A DNA stretch of 64,000 nucleotides, from NCBI RefSeq assembly GCF_020745735.1, contig NC_083415.1:28386964-28450963 (forward strand), in the 5' to 3' direction. How positions within the stretch are numbered: the stretch's first letter is position 1; each line of letters begins with the position of its first letter. The stretch comes from Hemiscyllium ocellatum (Eukaryota). The translations under genes and the position numbers were made by a program. Of the stretch, positions 26,281 through 38,011 are shown in pieces. The notes under the pieces were generated by a model. The model saw nothing but the letters and a program-made list of their open reading frames with translations, was not told the origin of the DNA and made no database searches.

Positions 26281-27189
26281 CAATGTTTCCAATTTTCACA
26301 AATGTGGTTGAGGAGTGTGGACTGGTTTAGGTTGTGAGCAAGCTTCCTGCATTTCCAACATTGCCAACACCGAAGCAGAGATAAGCATGTCCTAATCATG
26401 GGCATTTTTTTCTTTGTACTCCAGGGAAAACAGCTGTGGCTTTCTGATATATTCTGTCAAATGTACAATGTCTATTTATCTCTGGTGTAAGCTGCAACGT
26501 AACTGTGTCCTCAGTAGTTATGTATTAGTACACTGCTAAGATGTTGGAACCTATACAGCTCAATGAATGCTGCTGTATAGTCTTATCATCATACATACAC
26601 TTTCAACAAATGTTACCTAAAAATAATCCAGAAGACTGGCCTGACCCTGTACGTACATTCAGAAAACCCAAAGAAGACCATGATGTATATACCAGTCTAA
26701 GGTGGATGTTATTTCTCTTGGAGGAATCCAAAGAACCATGAGACAAAATTAAGCAGCATGATGCAAGATTGAGCAGCCATGAGGAAAACACATCAGTGGA
26801 AGACTTTCCATATACAGTAGCTCAAAGACTCATCTGAGTGAGGACAAGTCATTGAAGGCTCATCTGAAGTGGAGTACACTCCAAAATAGCAGTGTGCCCA
26901 ACCAGTCCCTGCCCTATCTGAACCCCTTTAATACTGCCAAAGGAGTAATATTGGCACTTAGATGGATATCGTAGAAAATGCACTTACACACATACAAAAC
27001 AATCACTGGTCTCCACTTGATGAAGCATTAGTTCTAGATCGATACCTTCATATACACAGTAAGACCCATTGCCCTCGAGATCTTTATTAGACAAGGTACT
27101 GATGAAACCTCAGCAGATTTTCTGTCAGTTATACCAGCCTTTCTTATTTTAGTTTTGAGAACCTCAGTATGTCTGGGGTGCCAGCAGCT

Positions 27190-28115
27190 AGTCATAGAGT
27201 CTTAGAGATGTACAGCATGGAAACAGACCCTTCGGTCCAACCTGTCCATGCCGACCAGATATCCCAACCCAATCTAGTCCCACCTGCCAGCACCCAACCC
27301 ATATCCTTCCAAACCCTTCCTATTCATATACCCATCCAAATGCCTTTTAAATGTTACAATTGCAACATCCTCCATCACATCCTCTGGCAGCTCATTCTAT
27401 ACAGGTACCACTCTCTGTGTGAAAAAGTTGCTCCTTAGGTCTCTTTTATATCGTTCCCCTCTCACCCTAAACCTATGCCTTCTGGTTCTGGACTCCCCAA
27501 CCCCAGGGAAAAGACTTTGTCTATTTACCCTATCCATGCCCCTCATGATTTTGTACACCTCTGTAACGTCACCCCTCAGCCTCCGACACTCCAGGAAAGC
27601 AGCCCCAACCTGTTCAGCCTCTCCCTGTAGCTCAGATCCTCCAACCCTGGCAACATCCTTGTAAATCTTTTCTGAACCCTTTCAAGTTTCACAACATCTT
27701 TCCAATAGGAAGGAGATCAGAATTGCACACAATATTCCAAAAGTGGCCTAACCAATGTCCTGTATAGCCGCAACATGACCTCCCAACTCCTGTACTCAAT
27801 ACTCTGACCAATAAAGAAAAGCATACCAAAAGCCTTCTTCACTATCCTATCTACCTGTGACTCCACTTTCAAGGAGCTATGAACCTGCACTCCAAGGTCT
27901 CTTTATTTAGCAACACTCCCTAGGACCTTACCATTAAGTGTATAAGTCCTGCTAAGATTTGCTTTACCAAAATGCAGCACCTCACATTTATCTGAATTAA
28001 ACTCCATCTGCCACTTCTCAGCCCATTGGCTAGTCCAGATCTTGTTGTAACCAGAGGTAACCCTTCTTCGCTGTCCACTATACCTCCAATTTTGGTGTCA
28101 TCTGCAAACTCACTA
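27190..28115 (-). mobile_element. CR1 LINE 3' fragment
   Basis: Reverse complement of 21920-22826; (CTCTATGA)n tail at 27190-27208. Confidence 0.92.
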
Positions 28116-28647
28116 AGTCATCAAGGAATAGTTATTCAGGATCCACACAATGAAGTTGCGTCATTACTCGTCTGTGCACGCTCAAAATCTCAACAGTATT
28201 CTCCTGGATTTATTGAAGTTCAAACTCGGGTTAATCCTTGAATTGTTGATTCCATATAAAAAGTAGGCTGTACACAAAGCATGATATAAGCCCATGGCTC
28301 AGCATGACCCCCATCAGTAGGCTAGCCCAAAGTTGTCAGCTCCTAACCAAGAAGCTCCTTAATGGAGAAAAACCAGCAACCACCTTGTAGTGCAAGTGAC
28401 AAGTAGTCAGACCCAGCAGGAGTCATTCAACACAGAGAGATTTGCTGACTTTCAGATATATTTTCAGATATAATTTAAGATCATCTCTTAAACGCAAATT
28501 GCACAGATTACCTCGAGAATAAATAAACAATAACAAACTGAACAAGCCAAAAATATGTGAAAATTAAACATTTTCTTAGTCAAACAGATATTGTTGGACT
28601 TACAGCCAAAGACGATGATTCGGCTTGGATTATCGATCATTAACAAT

Positions 28648-29384
28648 TTTTAAGACATGGGGTAAACCCTTCTGCTACTTTGAACCAAACACCCAGAAAG
28701 CTCACCTTGCCTCGTACTCTATTAAAGTATGAGTGACAGAGAACTACCCACATTCTGCTATTTAAAGAAAAAAACTATCAATTTATTCTTTAACTCCAAA
28801 AAAGAACATTAAACAACAACTGTCTACAAGCTTCCTTTGTTTTAATGATTTATCTACCTCCCACTCTATAATAATATACTGATCCAGTAAAGCTCCTATA
28901 AAATTTACAGCAAACCAGTTTTCAAAACCAGTTGTTATCTTTGTGTGTTGAACTTCTTCTGTCTTTAGATATCCCTGGGTCATCTTTGGTCTTCTGCTGC
29001 AAACATGTTTCACATGAAAAAGGTACCTTTCAGAGAGAGAGGGTGTCCTGGCAGCTTATCAATGGCAGGAGTTGCTCTTTGTTTCGAGCTAACTGTTCAA
29101 AATGCCTGCTTTCTTTGCCCCAAACATTAGATCATCTCATTGTTTTGATGTTGTCAAGACAGTAAAATTCAAATTTGATTCAGTTTTAGTGTCTTGGGAC
29201 ATAAATTAAATTGAATTTGAATGATTGTGAAAACAACTCATTATCTGAGTTACAGCTCAAATGTTATACCTTCAAATTATCCAGCACACTCTGTGCCTGC
29301 ACTCAGTCACATGACAGGTGATTGCCAACTTTTCAGCTTGTACTCTCTTTTAAAGGTACAGTACATGCCTTCAACTCCACAACA
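28648..29384 (-). repeat. 3' LTR
   Basis: Homologous to 30755-31502; begins TGTTGTGGAG on minus directly after PPT AGGGGAGGGGGAGG (29385-29398). Confidence 0.88.
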
Positions 29385-29411
29385 CCTCCCCCTCCCCTTA
29401 AGAAAAAATGA

Positions 29412-29897
29412 ACCAACGTCATCTACAAAATTCCATGCAAGGACTGCCACAAACACTACGTAGGGCAAACATGAAGAACGTTAGCCACCACCAGGATACA
29501 TGAACACCAGCTAGCCACAAAAAGACACGACCCTCTCTCCCTTGTAACCCTGTACATGGATGAAAAAAAGCCACCATTTCGACTGGGACAACACATCTGT
29601 CCTGGGACAGGCTAAGCAAAGGCATGCCAGAGAATTCCTAGAGGCCTGGCACTCCAACCACAATGCCATAAACAAACACATAGATCTAGATGCCATTTAT
29701 CAACCCCTCTGAAAACGAACAGGAAATGACATCACAACAAACCCCAGGAATCCCAACCCGGAGAAAGATATAAATAGAAAGCAGGCAACAACAGCTTCGC
29801 TTAACTTGGAGGTTGCCACTGATGGTGTTACCTAGCCAGGTAACAAAACATCTGGATATCAAACCTACAGCTCAGCGAGCAAACCTACACCCTAAAT
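29412..29897 (+). mobile_element. PLE 3' fragment (family D): GIY-YIG plus terminal repeat with hammerhead at 29816-29855
   Basis: NVIYKIPCKDCHKHYVGQT..HEHQLA..REFLEAWHS..INKHIDL; cca-CTGATGG-t-GTTACC-tagcca-GGTAAC-aaaa-cat-c-tgg. Confidence 0.9.
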
Positions 29898-30560
29898 CTT
29901 CATAATCTCTTGATCCCTCATCTGACAGTGCTGCAAATACCTCACTAGCTCTGCCTACCAGGTTAGTCTGAGCTAGCATTATCAACAGTCCTCTGACCAC
30001 TCCTAGCCAATTTTTCAAATGAAATAAAGAAGGCTTCGACATCTGTCTCATCAAAATGTGGCAGAGTTTTAACATATCTGTATGTATCACTACCTTCTCT
30101 TTGAATCTCCATCCTGTTAACTTGACTTTGCTGACTAAGCTGCAATTTCTGAAGTTCAAATTCTCTCTCTCTTTCTCTTTCTCTTCCTTCTCTCTCTCTC
30201 TTTGCTCAGATAAGAACCTTCTCTGTCTTTCTTTTTCCTCTGTCTCTCTCTCTTCTCTCTCCCTTCCTCTTTGTCCCTCTCTCTTTCCTCTCTCCATCTT
30301 TATTTATCTTCCAACTCTATTTTCCTCAATTGTAATTTAAGTTTTTCTAACTCTACTGCACTTGTCTGTTTCTCTGACACACCTAAGTGCTTGAATAATT
30401 CCCTTACCATTTCAGCTTTAATTTTGTCCTTGGTTAAACCCAATTCAAAATTCTTTGCTAATTGCAAAAGTAAGGTCTTTTTTCTTACTTCTAAACTTTC
30501 TTGGCAAATTTGGGAATTATCTTTAAAACCCAGAACCTCTTTAGCAATTTTCAGAGCCAT
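29898..30560 (-). pseudogene. Gypsy gag N-terminal half, disrupted
   Basis: MALKIAKEVLG..LLQLAKNFEL..ELEKLKLQLRKIELE, E/R coil, LPHFDETDVEAFFISFEKLA, LVGRASEVFAALSDEGSRDYE. Confidence 0.85.
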
Positions 30561-30730
30561 TTCTCTCACTTTTAATTTAACCAAACATAAATAACCGAAA
30601 TTAAACAAATTGTTTTGCCCAAGTTTTATTTGAAGATCTTGGACACTAATTGGCAAGTGTTTAAATCTGTTGAGATCTTATCTGTTCAATTATGTCCAAA
30701 TATCTGACTGGATCTGCCTAAACCTGTCCA

Positions 30731-30751
30731 AATCACGGACCTGAGCCCCTG
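30731..30751 (-). promoter_or_regulatory. Degenerate tRNA-Pro primer-binding site
   Basis: Minus strand CAGGGGCTCAGGTCCGTGATT versus canonical TGGGGGCTCGTCCGGGAT, a few nt after the LTR end TGTAACA. Confidence 0.6.
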
Positions 30752-30754
30752 GAC

Positions 30755-31502
30755 TGTTACACCACAGGGTAAACCATACTGCTAATTTAAATCATACACC
30801 CAGAAAAGTTCACCTCACCTCATAATCTGGTAAAGTATGAGTGACAGAGAACTACCTAAACTCCACTATTTAAAGAAAAAATCTAACAAGTTATTCTTTA
30901 ACTCCAGAAGAAAACTTTAAACAACAACTGTCTACAACAAGAAGCCTCCTTTGTCTTAACCATTTATCTGCCTCCCACACTATAACAATATACTGATCTG
31001 ATAAAGTCCCTATAACATATATATCAAATCAATTTTCAAAACCAGTTGCCGTCTTCATGTGTTGAATTTTTTCTGTCTTTAGATTTCCCTGGGTCATCTT
31101 CATTCTTCTGCTACAAAGATGTTTCATATGAAAAAGGTACCTTTAGAGACAGAGTCTGTGGGCAGTCTATCAATAGCAGTAGGTACTCTTTATCTCTGAC
31201 TAACTGTTCAAAGTGCCAGCTTTTTATACCCCAAAACATCAGATCAACTGATTGGTTTAATGTTGTCATAACAGGAAAGTTCAAATTATATTGGGTTTTA
31301 GTATCTTGGGGCATAACTTACACTGATTAGTTGAACTTGAAAGGTTGTGAAAACAACTCATTATCTGAAATGCAACTCAAATGTTACATCATCAAATTGT
31401 CCAGTACACTCTGTGCTTGCACTCAGTCGCATGACAAATGATTGCTCGCTTTTTAACTTTTACTCTTTCATAAAGGTAGTGTACACCTTCAACTCCACAA
31501 CA
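30755..31502 (-). repeat. 5' LTR
   Basis: TG...CA termini; homologous to 28648-29384, 36748-37679 and 47006-48247. Confidence 0.9.
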
Positions 31503-31952
31503 CCGTGAAGGTCAATAATTTTACTACTTACGTTTTTCTGGTTTGAAGATCAACTATTACTGCTCTGCATGATATTTTAGAATGGCTCTATACTGTACAA
31601 ACTCAACCATTGAATATCAGGATCCAGACTATGAGAGGCTGCATTCTTTCAGCCACAGGTTGTTTGCAACACTTATCTACAATGGTTAGGTTATTAAGAA
31701 AACGGTTCTTATAGTATCAGAACATATCCTGTTGACTTGGCAGGCTTGTGTCCAATGTGATCCTCCACAGTGGCTACCAGGTGTCCCAGCCCAGGTAAAA
31801 GACAACTCATGTCAGCACTATAGCTGTGTTCAATTCTATGGTGAATTACTTTATCCTTACCAGGAACATGAGCTATAATCAAATATTTTTTGAATATTTC
31901 CCATAGCTTTTTCATAGCATCATGATCCTCCTTCGGTCAGGTTAGAACAGGA

Positions 31953-32039
31953 AGAAGGGCTTATGCCTAAAATGTCGATTCTCCTGCTCCTTGGATGCTG
32001 CCTGACCTGCTGCGCTTTTCCAGCAACACATTTTTCAGC
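31953..32039 (+). mobile_element. 87-bp single-arm PLE terminus (family A) starting inside the hammerhead core
   Basis: Homologous to 1000-1084; flanked by TTAGAACAGGA (31942-31952) and TTAGAATAGGA (32040-32050). Confidence 0.85.
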
Positions 32040-34823
32040 TTAGAATAGGATGAGCATTTTTGTTCAGAGATTCCTAAACAGGAGTCATACCCAGGGATGA
32101 GCCTGATGATATATTATTGTCTTCATTCCAGGAAGAAAATCCCATATTATTGCTCTTGATGCAATGCATCAATCTCTCTCTGATCCTTTTTTGAGATAAA
32201 ACTGAGCAGAGTCCTTCCACCAATCGGATGGTGATGGCAGTTCATGTGTCTGATAGTATTCATAAAGAAGCACTACATGTGGCTATTGTAGATGTGATGG
32301 AAATTTCAGTACTTTCAGCTTTACAGATTGTCATGGTGATATTTTAACTGAGAGTGTATTGATTGTTCAAGATTAAGGGGAACTGATAGCATTGCTGTTG
32401 CAGCAAAATTCTTCAGCAATTCTGAAACATGAGAATAATGGTCTACTTTTATATTAGACCCAGGAAAATTCTTTATCTTCATTTAGCGTCCCAGACATAG
32501 GATGGAACATTCAGTCCCCGAATTGACAAGAGGAATGGTGGCAGGTGACCTTAATTGGGTAAGAAACAATACATTAGATTCTCATCGTAGAGATTAACAG
32601 TGATTAGGTTCTCCTGGATGGATTGTGCATTTGTTGCTTTCTCCTTAAATTGATAGGACTTTAAATGAAGCATACAGTTATTTGCACTTTCATTTGTACA
32701 AATAGATTTGATGCATTTAAGCAGCTGCAGGCATGGTCTCTCCATGGCATCTCCAAGCCTAATTGGGACCTGTCAGATAGAGAGCAATTTATAGTTTTAG
32801 CATACAATGCAAACAGAGGGCTTCCCACAGCCTGAAAAGTAAACTTCGGTGCATGTCACTGGACTGCATACAATCACAAAAGCTGTCGACACAAAGAGGT
32901 ATTGTCTAAGTGGCAAGAGGTATTGTCTAAGTGGTGTTGAAGTGGAGCAAGAATATATTGTACAAGGATATTCCCCAGTCAGTCTGGGGTGGGAAGGTGT
33001 CTTCTAGGCACTGAGAGGATGAAGAAGTGTGCTGTAGTCAGTTTGGGTGAGGGGATCAGCTCCAAGCAGTCTGGAGTCAAGAAAGGAATGGATTTCTAAT
33101 CAGTCCAGGAGGAATGAATGTGTTCCAGTCAATCTCGAATGTGGATATTCTCCATTCAGTGTGAGGGCTGGATTCCAGTATGCCTGTGTCTTGTTAACCT
33201 GCTATCAGTCTGGGGTTGGACAGGGTCTGTTCAGGGCATCGCCCATACTGAGGGTATCGGATATTTGACATGTATTAGGGTGGATGAGCATGGCTGGTGA
33301 AGCAGAGGGAATCAGCATGGGGAGGTGCAGTTGTATGTTGTGGTCAGTGATCTGGAGGTTCAAGGTGGGGAGCATATTGTCGCACAGAGGAGGGTCATTA
33401 AAGGCTATAGTGCAAGTATCTTGGGTCAAATGCTCAGCAGGGCTAGTGGGACCTAAATGGTGAAGGACTTAGGGAAAGATTGGTGACCTCAATGGTGGCA
33501 ATGATTGCCAGATCAGTCAGGAGAGGAGAATAAAGAGGCTCCTCTTAGTAGTATCTCAGAATGCATTTATTCTTCCTTGTGTTAAAATCTGCACAAAATC
33601 TCAACAGCAATATATTAGATAATTGTGTATTCAAGATGATACTTCAGTGCCGTATTGAGAGAATGATGGTTCCATGCTTTGCATGGAACTTTGAAGTTTC
33701 AGCTGATTTGGTGGAGCTAACATACTTAGCACCATCTTTCAAGGATAGAGAGTTATTCATATTCTATTTCCATTTTCTTCCTTCACTCAACACTGTAAAA
33801 ACTAAAATCATTTATCACGTTTGTATTTGCACTCTTTTTAATTGCATGGCATATTATTCACTGGCACTTTAAATATGCTTAATTATTTGTGAATAATTTG
33901 CTTTGAGAATGTAATAAGATGATATATATTTTTTTTTCTTCCATTACTTGCTTGGCAATGTATTGGATCTCACCAATGTTGGCCACTTACAACAATGCTC
34001 AATCCAGTTGCTTGCTGGTATATGAATATTATATAATTAAACTCTTTAAAATATTATGTTTATCAATCTATAAAGTTGTCAAAGCCTTGAATTGATCCAT
34101 TAGAACTTTTACTGAAGTGTTGCTGAATGAATTACCAAACTAAAGATATTGATTTTCTGAAATAGGTAGTAGATGCTACCTGTATTGATTGATCAGTTCA
34201 GTGCTTGAAATCGACCTACATTTTAAAACTGTCTTTTTATTGTACTCTTAAATTTGTCATAGCATGAATATCCCTCGGAAATATGAGTAATAGGTTGTGA
34301 TCCTGCAAATCCAGGGAAATGGGTGGTTGCTTATATACTGCTAGTGTTTGAGTAGTCAATCTGAATATTTCTCTCAAGAAAAAAACTGGCAAAGGTTAGC
34401 ACAGAAGCTCATGCTATCAGTTTAAAAGATTTCCATCCAATAAAAAATGTAGTTTGAAGTACAGGTGCTTAGATTACGATTTGGTTCTTTTTATTAATTT
34501 TGTAGCAGGGCAGAATACGTTCAAAACATTTCATTCAAGGTGTATAATGGTTATTTATGTTTCAACATAAAATCTGTTATTTGATGGTTTTGATAATCTT
34601 TGATATTCTTCAGACTGAAATCTACCCTTGCACTACCTGAAAATATCTACCTCAACCTTCTGAGAGGATTCAGCATCTTTTTGAAGCTCCTAATCCAAGG
34701 GTCAACAACTTATGCTTAATTGAAGAGACTTTTAAAAAGAATTGTCTAAAATAGAAGTAGTTTAGTTTTGCATGCTGAAAATGCAGCATTTATAAACCAA
34801 ATAGTTAGCAGTTTACCAAGTGT

Positions 34824-34905
34824 CAAGAGTGTAGTGATGGGAAAGCACAGCAGGTCAGGCAGCATCGGAGGAGCAGGCAGCATCCAACGTTTGGGGCATA
34901 AGCCC
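34824..34905 (-). mobile_element. Single-arm PLE terminus (family A)
   Basis: Reverse complement of the family A terminus; flanked by TTTACCAAGTGT (34812-34823) and TTTAACAAGTGT (34906-34917). Confidence 0.82.
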
Positions 34906-35239
34906 TTTAACAAGTGTGTTTGGTAGAATGCATAATTTGCATGTATTTTATTTATGCATCAGTGAAAGAAATGAAAACTAAAGTAGACCCAACTCTGAAT
35001 TATCATGCTTTTGGCTTTTTTGATGTTATTTTGTTGGAAACAGAGTTAGGGATGTTTCAGTCCAAGATAGTGACAGAGTAGGGCTGTTGTGCAGGAGTTT
35101 GTCTTCTACGTTTGCTTTTCTTTATCTTTTTCTTTTTCTCCCTCCTACTCATTTTTCTTTTACTTACTTGCATTGTCCTGAGCTTGGACTACATCGGCAG
35201 TGGCCAGAGTCCAACATGTGGAGCTCCAGCAGACCCAGG

Positions 35240-36553
35240 ACTCGAGCCGGACCCAGGGCTTGTGCCTCAAGCTGGGCCCAGGGTGTGCACCTCGAGAATG
35301 CCCAGAGTGTGTATCTTAGGCCGGGCCCAGAGTGTCTACTTTGAGCAGGGCCTGGTGTATGTAACTCAAGCGGGGCCCAGGGTGTGTACCTCAAGCTGGG
35401 CCCAGGGTGTGTACTTCAAGCTGGGCCCAGGATGTGTATCTTGAGCCGGGCCGAGGGTGTGTAACTAGAGTGGGGCCCAGGGTGTGTTCTTTGAGCTGGG
35501 CCCAGGGTGTGTACCTTGAGCCGGGCCCAGGGTGCATATCTCAAACCAGACCCAGGGTGTGTACCTTGAGCCAGACCCAGGGTGCGTATCTCAAACCAGG
35601 CCCGGGGTGTGTACCTTGAGCAGGGCGAGGATGTGTACCTCGAACTGGACCCAAGGTGTGTACTTCGAGCTGGACCCAGGGTGTGTACTTCGAGCCGGAC
35701 CCAGGGTGTGTACCTCGAGCTAGGCCCAGGGTGTGTACCTCGAGCCAGGACCAAGATGTGTACCTCGAGCCAGGACCAGGATGTGTACCTCAAGCTGGGC
35801 CCAGGGTGTGTACTACGAGCTCGGCCCAGGATGTGTATCTTGATCCGGGCCCAGGGTGTGTAACTAGTGTGGGGCCCAGGGTGTGTTCTTTGAGCTGGGC
35901 CCAGGGTGTGTACCTTGAGCCGGGCTCAGGGTGCATATCTCAAACCAGACCCAGGGTGTATACCTCGAGCTGGACCCTGGGTGCGTATCTCAAACCAGGC
36001 CCGGGGTGTGTACCTCGAGCCAGGACCAGGGTGTGTACCTTGAGCCAGGACCAAGATGTGTACCTCGAGCCAGGACCAGGGTGTGAACCTTGAGTCAGGA
36101 CAAAGATGTGTACCTCGAGCCAGGACCAGGATGTGTACCTCAAGCCGGGACCAGGGTGTGTACTTTGAGCTGGGCCCAGTATGTGTTCCTTGAGCTGGAT
36201 CCAGGGTGCGTACCCTCGAGCTGGGCCCAGTATGTGTTCCTTGAGCTGGACCCAGGGTGCGCAACTCGAGCTGGGGCCCGACGTGTGTACCTTGAGCCAG
36301 GCCCAGGGTGTGTAGCTTCATTAGGGCCCAGGATATGTACCTCGAGCAGGGCCCAGGGTGTGTACCTCGAGCAGGGCCCAGGATGTGTACCTCGAGCAGG
36401 GCTCAGGGTGTGTACCTCGAGTGGGCCTGGGGTGTGTATCTCGAGCCAGGCCCAGGGTGTGTAGCTTGAGCAGGACCCATGGTGTGTACCTCGAGCCGGG
36501 TCAGGGTGTGTGCCTCAAGCTGGCCTGGGGTGTGTATCTCAAGCTGGGCCCAG
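35240..36553. repeat. GC-rich minisatellite, 25-bp unit (some 24 bp), consensus CCAGGGTGTGTACCTCGAGCTGGGC, about 53 copies
   Basis: Period read directly (e.g. GGGTGT at 35380 and 35405). Confidence 0.95.
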
Positions 36554-36747
36554 AATGAAGGAAAATAAGCTCCTACTTGGTTTTGCAGAACATGCACAAG
36601 ACCTGGAGTCAGTGACAGCTACATGGGTAGAGGCAATTTCAGTGAAGTAGGCTCAGTGGCAAAAGATGGCAACTGAGAATCAGCGACTTTGTTGCAGGTT
36701 GGGTCTGGCGCTGTCGGTGGTGAAGGGGTAATGGAACTGTACCTTGG

Positions 36748-37679
36748 TGTTATAAAGTTGAAAGAGTGTAGATTAGATTAGATTAGATTGCCTACAGTGT
36801 GGAAACAGGCTCTTCAGCCCAACCAGCCCATACCGACCCTCCGAAGAGTAACCCACCCAGATCCATTTCCTAATGCACCTAACACTATGGACAATTTAGC
36901 ATGGCCAATTCACCTAACCTGCACATCTTTGGATTGTGGGAGGAAGGAAATTTAAAGTACAACCACAGCTGCTCGAACAGAACAGCCTAAGAGATGATCT
37001 GTTCCAAAATACATGTAACAATTTGCTGTTAAATGGATACCTGAATTTTGGTTGCTGTTTAGACAACAATTCAAGTTGTTAAGTTAAATTATGCCCAGCA
37101 TACTAAAACCCAATTGGGTTTGAATTTTTGCTTTGACAACATCGGACCAATGAGAGGGAATGATATTGGTATATAAAAAATGCGGGCATTTTGAAAATTG
37201 GTAACAGCAACTGACGTAGGATTGGAGAGCTAATTATCCATTTAACATCTTGCTCTCAAAGAAATTTCAGAAGGCACTATCTATCAAAAGGTACTCTTTC
37301 CTGTAAAACAGTAAAAAGAAAGAAAACTCAGGGAGAAAACAGCGGAATTGGAAGTCCAGAAGGAAGACAGCATAAAATACTGTGTGGACTTGAGGTTAAT
37401 ACAATGTTTAATATTTGTCTTACTGGAACAGCATACTAATAGAATTGTTTTCAGTAAGGGACAGTGATTTGTTAGGGGTAAGAGTGCTTGATTTGTTAAT
37501 TGTTTTGTTTAGTATTCACTCTTAGAGTTAGGAAAATAAATTGTTATTTTTCTTTAAATAGTGGAAATTAGGAATTCTTTTTTGCTCACTCACACATTTT
37601 AACAGATTACAAGACGAGGTGAGCATTTCTAGGTGTTTGGTTTTAATTAACAGAGGGGTTTGACCTCCACGTCGTGACA
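36748..37679 (+). mobile_element. Solo LTR (family of 28648-31502), interrupted by a SINE
   Basis: TGTTATAAAGTTGAA...GTCGTGACA; flanks TTGG/ATGG; homology to the other LTRs. Confidence 0.85.
36771..36947 (-). mobile_element. HE1-type shark SINE, 3' part
   Basis: (TCTAA)n tail, gggcctgtttccacactgtagg-type motif; matches 39056-39303. Confidence 0.85.
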
Positions 37680-37740
37680 ATGGCAACACCAGTGAGGTGG
37701 GCCCTATGGTGAGAGATGTGACTTTGACTCTGATGAAGGA

Positions 37741-38011
37741 TGGTCACATGATGTGGAGGAGCCGGTATTGGACTGGGGTGGACAAAGTACAGCACCAAAG
37801 TACACACAGCACCAGTTTATTGTCCAAAAGGTTTATTTGGAAGCAATAGCTTTCGGAGCGCCGCTCCTTCATCAGGTAGCTGTGGAACAGGATTATAAAT
37901 CACAGAATTTGTAGCAAAAGATTGTGTTCCACAGTTACCCGATGAAGGAGCAGCGCTGCAAAAGCCAGTGCTTCCAAGTCAACCTGTTAGACGATAACCT
38001 GGTATTTTTTA
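37741..38011. mobile_element. Fold-back PLE-terminus mini-element (family B) with two hammerhead motifs
   Basis: Antisense arm ~37750-37924 and sense arm 37925-38011, homologous to 5588-5718; flanks ACTCTGATGAAGGA (37727-37740) and ACTCTGGTGGAGGA (38012-38025). Confidence 0.85.
37844..37878 (-). ncRNA. Minimal hammerhead ribozyme motif, core intact (stem I mutated)
   Basis: Minus strand tac-CTGATGA-A-GGAGC-ggc-GCTCC-GAAA-GCT-A-ttg. Confidence 0.7.

Larger units (their letters stand above)
28648..31502 (-). mobile_element. Internally deleted Gypsy (Gmr1-like) LTR retrotransposon: 5' LTR, PBS, gag N-terminus, [PLE insert], PPT, 3' LTR
   Basis: Two ~740-bp homologous direct repeats, a PBS-like and a PPT motif at the expected positions, and a gag remnant; no pol. 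Confidence 0.88.

Noticed and set aside
35240-36553. CRISPR-like array, or repetitive protein ORFs (35087-36597)
   Set aside because: Units are contiguous with no unique spacers, there are no cas genes and the context is vertebrate; ORFs on both strands and several frames are a by-product of a stop-poor repeat unit
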